From positions 1 through 30,858 of IMG/VR virus record IMGVR_UViG_3300037478_000502: a DNA stretch of 30,858 nt. One strand, written 5' to 3'. The notes beneath the pieces are model-generated. The model was not told where the DNA came from, did not search any database, and saw nothing but the letters and a program-made list of their open reading frames with translations. Both the position numbers and the translations under genes were made by a program. Within the stretch, counting starts at the first letter, position 1. Every line of letters begins with the position of its first letter. Below are positions 18,187 through 26,329 of the stretch, piece after piece. This DNA comes from a virus (taxonomy: Duplodnaviria > Caudoviricetes).

Positions 18187-20375
18187 CCCACTTCCGGTTT
18201 TACGCGGATGATGCGGCCAATCCCGAGGATTGCACGCCGCTTGCCGCCATCGACACGAGCATCAGCCGTCAGACCGGCACGTCCAATCGCTTCATGCTGC
18301 GGATCTGCGTCCAGAATGACGCGACCGCCAATTTCAACGACACGCTGACGTGGGAGTACCGGCGCCAGCCGTCCGGCGGTTCGTTCGGCGCGTGGGCCAC
18401 GCTCAATGCGACCAGCACGTATTGCGCGACGACGAACGGCACGCCGGCCGCGGATGAAGGTTGCGGCGCGACCGGGCTACTCGGCGGCAGCGGGTCGTAC
18501 ACCGAGGGATTGTACAACGAGGATGACGGCGTAACCCCGGCCACCGTCATCAACAAGTCGAACCACGGCGAGTATCAGATTTGCGCGTACCTGGTCAGCG
18601 AAGGGGACGAGGCGGCGGGCGACATCATCGAATTCCGGCATGTGACATCGGGCAACGAAGTCACCCCGAGATCGGCGGTTCCAACCATTACTCTCGCGGC
18701 CGGCGCTTCGGAGGGCGAGGTCACCGGCACCGTACAGGTTGACATCGCCCTGCCCTCTGAGTCGACCAGCCCGGCCGATGCGTCGATTGCCGCTCGTGGC
18801 ATCGTGACCGCCACAGCCGCGGTGCTACTTGCGTTGGCTGGCGTTTCAACGGCCACGACCTCCGCGCTGATCGGAACGTCCGGCGAAGTCACGGCCACGG
18901 CCTCCGCGCTGATCGCGCAGCAGTACACGGACATGGGCCTGTATGGTGGGCCACAGGCTGTCCAGGTTTTCGAGCCGAAGGCTGTCCCTACCACGCCCGG
19001 CGAAGTCACCGCTACCGCCGATGCTACGCTGGCGCTGCCGTCCGAAGTTACCGCCACAGCGGATGCCAGCATTGCCCGACAGTCCGAGTCCGCGGCCACG
19101 GTCGACGCGAGCATTGCGCTGCCATCCGAAGTCACGGCGACGGCGGATGCTTCCATTGCGCAGCCTTCGGAATCGACCGCGACGGCCGACGCGAGTATAG
19201 CCGCACCGGCCGAGGTCACGGTCGGCGCTGATGCCACAATTGCGTTGCGTTCAGCGGCCACGGCCACGGCGGATGCGACTATCGCCCTGCCCTCTGCATC
19301 TACCGCTACCGCTGAGGCGACGATCGCGGCGCAGGGCCAGAGCACGGCTACGGCCGATGCGTTGATTGCCGGGCTGTCCGAGGCGACAGCCGCCGTGCAA
19401 GTCGACATCGCGTTGCCGTCCGTCGTCGCGGCCACGGCTGATGCGACGCTGGCGCTGGCCGGTGAAACGACCGCGACGGCTGACGCTGCAATCAAGCAGA
19501 CGGGCGTTGTCACTGCGACCGCGCAAGCGTTGATCGCCGGGCTGGCGGATGGTCAGGTCACGGCAACCGCCGATGCGACGCTGGCGCTGCCATCCGAGCA
19601 GACCGCTACGGCTGATGCCACTGTTGCGTTGCCCGGTGCCTCGACAGCGACGGCGCAAGCTTCGATCACGTTGCCGGGTGAGGTCACGGCCACCGCCGAT
19701 GCGAGTATCGCTGCGCCGGGCACTACGACAGCCACGGCCGACGCATCGATAGCCGGGCTGTCTGAGGCGACAGCCACCGTCGAAGTCACGATCGCGCTGC
19801 CGTCTGAGAACACCGCGACGGCTGACGCGACCGTCGCGCTACAGGGCCAGAGCACTGCCACCGCGCAAGCGGATATCGCGGGCGGTGTCGGGACAGGCGA
19901 AGTCACGGCCACATCGGACGCGACCATCAAGCAGCACGGCACGCAGACTGCCACAGCGGACGCGAATATCGCGCTAGTCGGGCAGGTTACGAGCACTGCA
20001 CAGGTCGCGATCGTACTGCCGGGTCACATTGCGGCGACAGTCGAAGTCACGATAGCGGCGCAGGGACAGGCGACGGCGACATCGGACGCGACGGTTGCCG
20101 GGCGTGGTGAGGTAATCGCCACGTCGCAGGCGGACATCGAGCAGCCAACATTCGCGGGCGAGTCGACTGCGGCGGCAGCAGCAGACGTGGCCTTGCCGGG
20201 TACTGCGACCGCGACCGCGCAGGCGTCTATCCTGTCGGGAAGTCGCGCACCATTCGGGGGTACTACAGAGACCGGCCCCGTGTTCGACGGATCGGTTACG
20301 ACGCAGGCGGCCATCGGTGGCACGACATCGACAGGAGCGATATTCGGTGGATCGACCTTTACACTGCCGGAATAG
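18162..20375 (+). CDS. Ala/Thr-rich repeat structural protein (fibre-like)
   Basis: Globular N-terminus (HFRFYADD) followed by many 14-aa repeats of the type EVTATADASIALPS. Confidence 0.7.
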   Translation: MATPNTDLTHFRFYADDAANPEDCTPLAAIDTSISRQTGTSNRFMLRICVQNDATANFNDTLTWEYRRQPSGGSFGAWATLNATSTYCATTNGTPAADEGCGATGLLGGSGSYTEGLYNEDDGVTPATVINKSNHGEYQICAYLVSEGDEAAGDIIEFRHVTSGNEVTPRSAVPTITLAAGASEGEVTGTVQVDIALPSESTSPADASIAARGIVTATAAVLLALAGVSTATTSALIGTSGEVTATASALIAQQYTDMGLYGGPQAVQVFEPKAVPTTPGEVTATADATLALPSEVTATADASIARQSESAATVDASIALPSEVTATADASIAQPSESTATADASIAAPAEVTVGADATIALRSAATATADATIALPSASTATAEATIAAQGQSTATADALIAGLSEATAAVQVDIALPSVVAATADATLALAGETTATADAAIKQTGVVTATAQALIAGLADGQVTATADATLALPSEQTATADATVALPGASTATAQASITLPGEVTATADASIAAPGTTTATADASIAGLSEATATVEVTIALPSENTATADATVALQGQSTATAQADIAGGVGTGEVTATSDATIKQHGTQTATADANIALVGQVTSTAQVAIVLPGHIAATVEVTIAAQGQATATSDATVAGRGEVIATSQADIEQPTFAGESTAAAAADVALPGTATATAQASILSGSRAPFGGTTETGPVFDGSVTTQAAIGGTTSTGAIFGGSTFTLPE
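18714..20238 (+). repeat. degenerate ~42-bp (14-aa) coding tandem repeat, roughly 30 units
   Basis: Recurring EVTATADAT/SIALPS-like units with synonymous divergence. Confidence 0.85.
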
Positions 20376-20384
20376 GAGACGCGC

Positions 20385-20702
20385 ATGGCTACCGTGGAAC
20401 CGTGGTATGTCGATAACGACAACCTGATTCAGCACTCGCCGACGGACCGCGATGGTAATCCGGTTATTGGCGCGACACTCGCGGTGACTATGTACTTTCT
20501 CGATGGTACGGAAGTCGCCGGCCCGTCGTGGCCACTTGATATGCCGGAGTCGACCGGTGTCTACGAGGTGATCGTCGACAAGGACGAACTGACCGACATC
20601 GCCATTGGTGACCGGTTGTCGGGTAGGATTGTGATTGCAGATGGAGCCGGCGGAGACGGGGGGCGACTGATATCCTACAGGGTTATGGAGTACCCAGCAT
20701 GA
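20385..20702 (+). CDS. small Ig-like/BppU-like structural protein
   Basis: AGGAG RBS; D.DGNPVIGAT..V...DGTEV...WP.......GVY motif. Confidence 0.5.
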   Translation: MATVEPWYVDNDNLIQHSPTDRDGNPVIGATLAVTMYFLDGTEVAGPSWPLDMPESTGVYEVIVDKDELTDIAIGDRLSGRIVIADGAGGDGGRLISYRVMEYPA

Positions 20703-22477
20703 AACGCGCACTGATGGTCGCCGCGACACTTCTCGCGGCTGGTGGCGGGGTAGACGCGCAGTCGAATCGCGAGCAATTCATCTATTGGTGGGATTGGCAG
20801 GACGGCACCTTCTGGAGCCGCACCGAGCGTTGGGTCCCGCCAGTGGGCAACCCGGAGGCCGTTCGGTGTGTGTTGCAGAATCGTCAGACCGGGCTGACGT
20901 GGGATGGCATCGCGTACCTTACGGGGTCGGCGCCGCCGCCGGCTCGCGTGGATACTGTTACCGTCATCGTGACGGACACCATCGTCGTGCGCGATACAGT
21001 GTACCTGCCCGCTGACACAATCGCGGAGCCGATCCCGACGGACACCGTCTCGCTACCGCCCGACACGACGATAGTCGGCCGGCTGGCCGCAAGATGGGAG
21101 CCGCATACGTGGGGTGCCGACGTGATCGTACAGCTCGCGGACTCGGCCGCTGGTGTCGATGTGACATTCTCCCCGTCCGGCGGCTTCATGGGTCCGCCGA
21201 CAGCGCCTGTCACGGGCGAGTGGACGCGCCAGACGAGCGCCACGGGCCAGGTCGGCGTGGGCTGGCGGTCGTACTCGGTCACGGACACGATGACGATCCG
21301 GAGCGGCCGGGACACGCTGCGTATCGGCGTGCCGGTCGATACGACGACACTGCCGGTGCCGATTCCGCCGGTCACGGTACCGCCCGTGCTACCTCCGACC
21401 GGTGGGGCCAGCATCACGCCGCTGGATCTGCTGATCCCGCTGGGTCCGCTGGCCCCGGCCGGTACGGTCAGTGACGCTCAGGTGCAGCGGCTCGATGCGC
21501 GATTCGATCAGCACGAGCCGGGCGTCTGGCAGTACTACGCCGATCGTGAGACCGACATCAACATCGTCATCGTCTCGCACCATTACGGCGCGCTGCGCGG
21601 CCGGCTGCAATGGTCGATCCGGAACGGTGAGGCGATCGGACCGCAGGCGACGGAGGCGTCCAGTGCGTACGCACGGGGTCGGCGGATCGTGCGCGCGTTC
21701 CTCGCCCGCTACAGCAAGCCTAACAAGTTCTACATACCGGCCTATTGGAACACGGGACTGCTGGATGTCGAAGCGCTGTACGTGCTCGAAGGTGATCCCG
21801 ATGCGCTGACGCACATCTGGGTGACGGGCATGGCATCCACGTACGACCCGAACGGGTATTACAAGGGAACCAACTCGAACACCGAGCTCCGGCCGGGCAT
21901 CGTCGGGCTGCAGGCATACAGCTTCCTCCACCGTAACGGCGTGCCGTTCCAGCGCAGTTCCGCGAACAGCAGCATCGGATTCGATTCGTCTCCGGGCTCG
22001 TGGCTCGAGGCCGGCCGACGGCAGATCGGCTGGTTCGACGCATGGTGCACGACCGGTGTCTGTCTGTCGCCGGGACATGGCGGTGATGAGGTCTACTTCT
22101 ACAACGCGTGGCTGGCCACCGAGCTGCTGAACTGGTGGGCGTTCGTCGAGGGCACGCAACGGCCGCAGGCGTACGAGTTGGCGGTCCGGCTGATGGACCA
22201 TCTGGTCGACGAGTGGCAGCGTCGCGGCGGTTCGTTGCCCTACCAGTCGACGGGTTACGCGACGGGCGGCAACACCGACCTGGCGGCGTTCCACGTATGG
22301 CCGGCACTCGTGCTCTGGCAGGAGACGGGCGACGCGAAGTACTACGACTTCGCGATGGCGCACCTCGCGGCCGCGAACACGGCGAACTCCGTCTATCTAG
22401 TGAAGCAGTTCAACCAGATCACATCGACGCTCGCGCAAGGGGCGGAAGCACTGCTTCAGGGGGTGGCATGGCGCTGA
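20699..22477 (+). CDS. secreted protein: signal peptide, D-T-rich and Pro-rich linkers, aromatic-rich helical C-domain (possible alpha/alpha toroid)
   Basis: MKRALMVAATLLAAGGGVDA-Q signal peptide; LWQETGDAKYYDFA is typical of (alpha/alpha)6 barrel repeats. Confidence 0.6.
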   Translation: MKRALMVAATLLAAGGGVDAQSNREQFIYWWDWQDGTFWSRTERWVPPVGNPEAVRCVLQNRQTGLTWDGIAYLTGSAPPPARVDTVTVIVTDTIVVRDTVYLPADTIAEPIPTDTVSLPPDTTIVGRLAARWEPHTWGADVIVQLADSAAGVDVTFSPSGGFMGPPTAPVTGEWTRQTSATGQVGVGWRSYSVTDTMTIRSGRDTLRIGVPVDTTTLPVPIPPVTVPPVLPPTGGASITPLDLLIPLGPLAPAGTVSDAQVQRLDARFDQHEPGVWQYYADRETDINIVIVSHHYGALRGRLQWSIRNGEAIGPQATEASSAYARGRRIVRAFLARYSKPNKFYIPAYWNTGLLDVEALYVLEGDPDALTHIWVTGMASTYDPNGYYKGTNSNTELRPGIVGLQAYSFLHRNGVPFQRSSANSSIGFDSSPGSWLEAGRRQIGWFDAWCTTGVCLSPGHGGDEVYFYNAWLATELLNWWAFVEGTQRPQAYELAVRLMDHLVDEWQRRGGSLPYQSTGYATGGNTDLAAFHVWPALVLWQETGDAKYYDFAMAHLAAANTANSVYLVKQFNQITSTLAQGAEALLQGVAWR

Positions 22478-22555
22478 GCGTGGGGCACCGTGATACTTAC
22501 GTGACCGCGACAACAGCGCGGTGATAGGGACTCTCTACCTTCGGAGGCGGAAGCC

Positions 22556-22852
22556 ATGAGCATGCAGGAACAGCGTGCGGCCGCGCACAAGATGGGGCTC
22601 GACGCGATCTCGTACTGGCGGCTGGCCGATGAGTTTTTCGCGAGCATCGCCGGCATGCGCGAAGCGGCGGGCGAGGGCTCCGTGATGGTCTTCACGCGGG
22701 GCTACGATGCGAAGGAGGGGATCTTCCGGCTCTGGTACGGCCTGCGAACCGCGGCCGGCGAACGGGTGAGCGACGGCAATGGCGGATTCTATGACGACGC
22801 GACGTGGCCGTGCCCGCCGTTCCCGCCGCCGGGTGGCGGTGAGTGCATCTGA
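22556..22852 (+). CDS. small protein with C-terminal D...PCPP...C motif
   Basis: GGAGG RBS; ends FYDDATWPCPPFPPPGGGECI; TGATG-coupled to the downstream membrane gene. Confidence 0.75.
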   Translation: MSMQEQRAAAHKMGLDAISYWRLADEFFASIAGMREAAGEGSVMVFTRGYDAKEGIFRLWYGLRTAAGERVSDGNGGFYDDATWPCPPFPPPGGGECI

Positions 22853-23562
22853 TGGCCGTCCTGCAATGGGCGGTCTACCCGGCGCAACTGCTGCCGCTGG
22901 CGCTGTTCACGTTGCTGGCGATCTACGCGCAGATCCGCAAGCGACCACGGCCCGACGACGACGCATGGCAAATCGCGACCGCGCTGGCGTTCTCATTCGC
23001 AGCCGATGCGATCGCGCGGAAGATGATGGGCATGGGCATCAACAACAACATCGTGATGCACTTCGCCGCGCCTATCCAGTTCGGATTGCTGCTGCATGTA
23101 TTCCGGCCGCGCGATCTTGTGCCAGCGACTCTCGTGATGGTGATCCTGACGCTCGCCGCGGCCTCCGATGGGTTCGTGCGACCGGAACGGTGGATCCAGT
23201 TCACGATGGGTGCGTGGGTCGGATGGGCCGCGTACCGGAGCGTCAGCCCGTACCGCTGGCCGGTGGTGCTGTACTGCGCGGCGGCCGTGCCGTTGGTGGC
23301 ATGGACGAGCCTGCCGCCATCGCTCGACGGTCCGTGGATTATCGCGTTCGGTGCGTATCACGTCGTGCGGCTTGTTGCTCTGCTGTGCGTGGTCGCCGTG
23401 CTGGCGGGCTCGCTGTACCCCCGACGACAGGAGGCGACCGTTGAACATGTGGGACGCGTTGGTCGCCGTCGCGGCCGAGGACCCTCTGCTCACCGCTCTG
23501 TTGGTAGCGCTGGCGGTGAACGCCTACCTGTCCGTGCGGGGCCGGCGGGCTGGCATTACTGA
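22852..23562 (+). CDS. 7-transmembrane membrane protein
   Basis: About seven hydrophobic segments; GINNNIVMHFAAPIQFGLLL motif at TM3; hydrophilic tail overlaps the next gene. Confidence 0.7.
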   Translation: MAVLQWAVYPAQLLPLALFTLLAIYAQIRKRPRPDDDAWQIATALAFSFAADAIARKMMGMGINNNIVMHFAAPIQFGLLLHVFRPRDLVPATLVMVILTLAAASDGFVRPERWIQFTMGAWVGWAAYRSVSPYRWPVVLYCAAAVPLVAWTSLPPSLDGPWIIAFGAYHVVRLVALLCVVAVLAGSLYPRRQEATVEHVGRVGRRRGRGPSAHRSVGSAGGERLPVRAGPAGWHY

Positions 23563-23707
23563 GGCGAAAAAGCACCCGTGCGACGGTCTGCGTGACGAGA
23601 TTCGGACGTTGACCGCGGCCATGTCACTGGCGCACGAAAAGTCGCGCACCGAGACCCGGCATGAGATCGAGCGGGCAGTGGACGAAATTATGCGCGGGGA
23701 CAAGTAA
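23441..23707 (+). CDS. small N-terminal-TM, helical protein (holin-like or unknown)
   Basis: AGGAGG at 23429-23434, then TTG 23441 or ATG 23447; TM LLTALLVALAVNAYL; TAATG overlap with next gene. Confidence 0.6.
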   Translation: MNMWDALVAVAAEDPLLTALLVALAVNAYLSVRGRRAGITEAKKHPCDGLRDEIRTLTAAMSLAHEKSRTETRHEIERAVDEIMRGDK

Positions 23708-23958
23708 TGGCCGCCGAAAGTGGACGCAACGGGTCCATGACCAAGATAGTGATCGGCGTCATTGCGACGTTGGCGGCTGCGGGTGTGATTGCGACGGCCG
23801 GATTCACGCAGCGAACGGCCGTGGCGGTCGAACGTGTGAACGGCAGTATCGAGCATGTCCGCGTGGGCGTCGGATATTTGCAAGCTCAGGTGACGACGCT
23901 GCAACGCCAGATCGAGAGTCTTGAAATACGTATCCGCACATTGGAGGTGCGACGATGA
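23707..23958 (+). CDS. TM plus coiled-coil small protein (lysis-cassette membrane protein)
   Basis: IVIGVIATLAAAGVIA TM followed by heptads LQAQVTTLQRQIESLEIRIRTLE. Confidence 0.6.
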   Translation: MAAESGRNGSMTKIVIGVIATLAAAGVIATAGFTQRTAVAVERVNGSIEHVRVGVGYLQAQVTTLQRQIESLEIRIRTLEVRR

Positions 23959-24203
23959 ACACGAACGGAACCCGGCTGCCGAGCTGGGTCATTCGCTCTT
24001 GGCACCTGTCGGCGCTGTTGACGGCTGTTCTGATTGGCTTGCTCGCGTGGTCGGCGCGTCAGACAGCCCGCACGAGCGCAGCGACGGAAACCGCCGTGTT
24101 GGAAGCCGTGGTCGAGCTGCGAGAAATGAACGCATTCTGGAGTCAGGCGCTCCGGCGTGCGGATTCGCTGCGGGCAGCGCTCCGGGATTCGTTGAGGCGC
24201 TGA
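23955..24203 (+). CDS. TM plus helical small protein (spanin/holin-like candidate)
   Basis: GGAGG RBS and ATGA overlap; LSALLTAVLIGLLAW TM. Confidence 0.55.
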   Translation: MNTNGTRLPSWVIRSWHLSALLTAVLIGLLAWSARQTARTSAATETAVLEAVVELREMNAFWSQALRRADSLRAALRDSLRR

Positions 24204-24204
24204 C

Positions 24205-24492
24205 GTGCCTGACACCGAGGCGTACGAGTTCGGCTTCGCGAAGGAGCCCGTGATCGCGGTCCGGTTGCCGTGGGTGTTCGATCTGCGTTCCGTTGCCGGA
24301 GTCGCGCTACGGCCGCCGAAAGAGTTCAGCTTTCCTTGGCTGGTGGTGAATGCCGACGGAAGCATGCACATGCTGAAGGACCACGTGTTCCGCCGACTGT
24401 ACAAGCCGCTGAACGACGGATCGCGGCGCTATCTCTTGTCGCTGCCGACGGTGGCGGACGAGGCGACGACTCCAACGGGAGACGCGAAATGA
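24205..24492 (+). CDS. hypothetical protein
   Basis: GTG start after GAGG; WLVVNADGSMHMLKDHVFRRLYKP. Confidence 0.55.
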   Translation: MPDTEAYEFGFAKEPVIAVRLPWVFDLRSVAGVALRPPKEFSFPWLVVNADGSMHMLKDHVFRRLYKPLNDGSRRYLLSLPTVADEATTPTGDAK

Positions 24493-24707
24493 CAGCCATC
24501 ATGCTGGCGACACTCGTGCAGGATCTCAGCTCGACGCGCGGGCTGATCCTGCTGATAATCTGGATCCTGCTGATCGGCTGCGTACTCTGGGCCGTGCGGT
24601 GGGCGCTCGGACAGTCCGGGTTGCCGAAGCCGGTGCAGACCGTCGCGCTGGTCGTGGTCGCGCTCGTGATCCTGCTGTACGTGCTGACGCGGTTCGGCAT
24701 CGTATGA
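24489..24707 (+). CDS. 2-TM small membrane protein, holin candidate
   Basis: GGAG RBS and ATGA overlap; two strong TM helices separated by GLPKPVQT. Confidence 0.6.
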   Translation: MTAIMLATLVQDLSSTRGLILLIIWILLIGCVLWAVRWALGQSGLPKPVQTVALVVVALVILLYVLTRFGIV

Positions 24708-25609
24708 AGGTCGCGGTCGCGCTCGGCGGCGGCGGCTGGCGCGCGCCCGTCCACGGCGGCTTCCTCTGGCGGCTCCGTGAGCTTGGCGTCACGGTCACGG
24801 GCATCGACGGCGTATCGGCCGGCGCGCTCGCGACCGCGTACGCTGCGCAGGGCGACTACGACCGCATGCGCGACGTATCCCTGACCGCCATGATCCCCGA
24901 CGGCCACAGGCTGAAGACCGGCCCGGAGCTGATCGAAGAGGCCGGCCGCGTCCGGATCCGTCTGTGGCCGCCGCGGGTCGATGTCACCATCGCGGTCAAC
25001 CGCATCCAGTCCGTCGGGCGAAACGATCGGCTCTGGACGAACTATCTGGAGCGCGACATCGATCCGGCCCGCGTGCAGGTCCCGTGCTGGGTCGGCTGCA
25101 CCGTGTGGTGCGGAACGGACCTGCGCTACCTCAGCATCCCGCACACGGCCGGGCAGTGGGCACGCGCCGTCTGGGGATCGGCAACGATGCCGCTGATCTG
25201 GGAGTCAATCGAGTGGACGGGCATGGCGCCGGACTCTGGCGAGATCGAGACGCTGAAGCTCGTCGACGGCGGTCTCATGTCCGTGATCCCGCTCGATGAC
25301 GCGATGTTCCACATCCTGCACGGTCATGCACCGACGCCGGATGTCGTCGTTGCGCTCGGCACGACGCCCGGCAATCCGTTCCTCGAAGAGCCGTCCGGGC
25401 TCGTGCACGGCGCGCTCCGGACGCTCGGGACGATGACCGCGCAGACGACGCGAGACGATGTCGCGCCGAAGAGCTGGTGGCCGCCGGATCAGGCGTACGA
25501 GGTGCGCTACATCGAGCCGGACCTCGGCGGTACGCTCGACGCGACGCCGGAACTGCAGCTCGCGCGCTGGAATCAGGGCGTGGCGATCGCGGATGGGCTA
25601 TTCGGATGA
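24704..25609 (+). CDS. patatin-like phospholipase
   Basis: ALGGGGWR oxyanion loop, GVSAG nucleophile motif, SA.MP and LVDGG catalytic Asp motif. Confidence 0.9.
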   Translation: MKVAVALGGGGWRAPVHGGFLWRLRELGVTVTGIDGVSAGALATAYAAQGDYDRMRDVSLTAMIPDGHRLKTGPELIEEAGRVRIRLWPPRVDVTIAVNRIQSVGRNDRLWTNYLERDIDPARVQVPCWVGCTVWCGTDLRYLSIPHTAGQWARAVWGSATMPLIWESIEWTGMAPDSGEIETLKLVDGGLMSVIPLDDAMFHILHGHAPTPDVVVALGTTPGNPFLEEPSGLVHGALRTLGTMTAQTTRDDVAPKSWWPPDQAYEVRYIEPDLGGTLDATPELQLARWNQGVAIADGLFG

Positions 25610-26127
25610 TCTACCCGCGCGACGACTGGAATGCGGCCTACGGGCTGGGCAACCGGATGCGTTCGTTGGACCCGCTAGACCTGATCGTCATCCACCACGC
25701 GGCCAGCCCGAACGTCGAGTGTGGCGTCGGCCGGCAGCATGAGCGGAACGTCGTCCGTGCAATCGAGCGGCACCATGTCCAGAAGAACGGGTGGGCCGGC
25801 ATCGGCTACAGCTTCCTCGTGTTCCAGTCTGGGAACGCCTACGAAGGCCGCGGCTGGCAACGGGTCGGCGCGCATACCCGCGGGCGCAACTCGACCGCGT
25901 ACGGCATCTGCATCGTGATCGACGGTACCACGGTCGCGCCAACGGAAGCGGCCTTGGAAGCCTGCCGCGAGATCATCGAGGAAGGCGTCCGACTGGGCCA
26001 CGTCAACGCGGACTACGCGATCGGCTGGCACGCGCTCTACGGTCAGACTGCATGTCCGGGCGTCCGCGTTGTGCAACGGCTCGCGGATCTCGGGCCACTC
26101 GTGACGGACATGCCCCCGGCAGCCTGA
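25606..26127 (+). CDS. endolysin, N-acetylmuramoyl-L-alanine amidase (Amidase_2/PGRP-like)
   Basis: IVIHHAA, GWAGIGYSFLV, YEGRGW.RVGAH..G.N, H.....TACPG zinc-ligand motifs. Confidence 0.93.
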   Translation: MIYPRDDWNAAYGLGNRMRSLDPLDLIVIHHAASPNVECGVGRQHERNVVRAIERHHVQKNGWAGIGYSFLVFQSGNAYEGRGWQRVGAHTRGRNSTAYGICIVIDGTTVAPTEAALEACREIIEEGVRLGHVNADYAIGWHALYGQTACPGVRVVQRLADLGPLVTDMPPAA

Positions 26128-26130
26128 TGC

Positions 26131-26329
26131 ATGCAGGTCGGCGACGAGTACATCGACAGCCGCGACCCCGCGTAAACGGCGGTGGACGGTCGTCATCTCG
26201 GCAGCCCGGTTTCGCGGCGTGGCGGTCGTCTATCTGACGCATCGTGACGAGCCGCGCTGGGTACCGCTGGCGGTGTTCCGCGAATACTACGTGCCGGCCG
26301 CTACTCCACCACCCACCCATCCGTCCTGA
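26131..26329 (+). pseudogene. small ORF interrupted by a 1-nt frameshift at CCCC (26166-26169)
   Basis: MQVGDEYIDSRDPA* stops at 26175; the +1 frame continues RKRRWTVV...VVYLTHRDEPRWVPLAVFREYYVP...* to 26329. Confidence 0.5.

Noticed and set aside
18714-20238. Repeat region as a CRISPR array or DGR template/variable repeat
   Set aside because: Repeats are degenerate, in-frame and coding, with no unique spacers; no reverse transcriptase in the window.
22852-23562. 7-TM protein as a microbial rhodopsin
   Set aside because: No retinal-binding Lys (DxxxK-type motif) in the last helix (YHVVRL) and no recognisable helix-C motif.
24704-25609. Patatin as a CBASS CapV-type defence effector
   Set aside because: No cyclase or other defence genes nearby; it is coupled to lysis genes.
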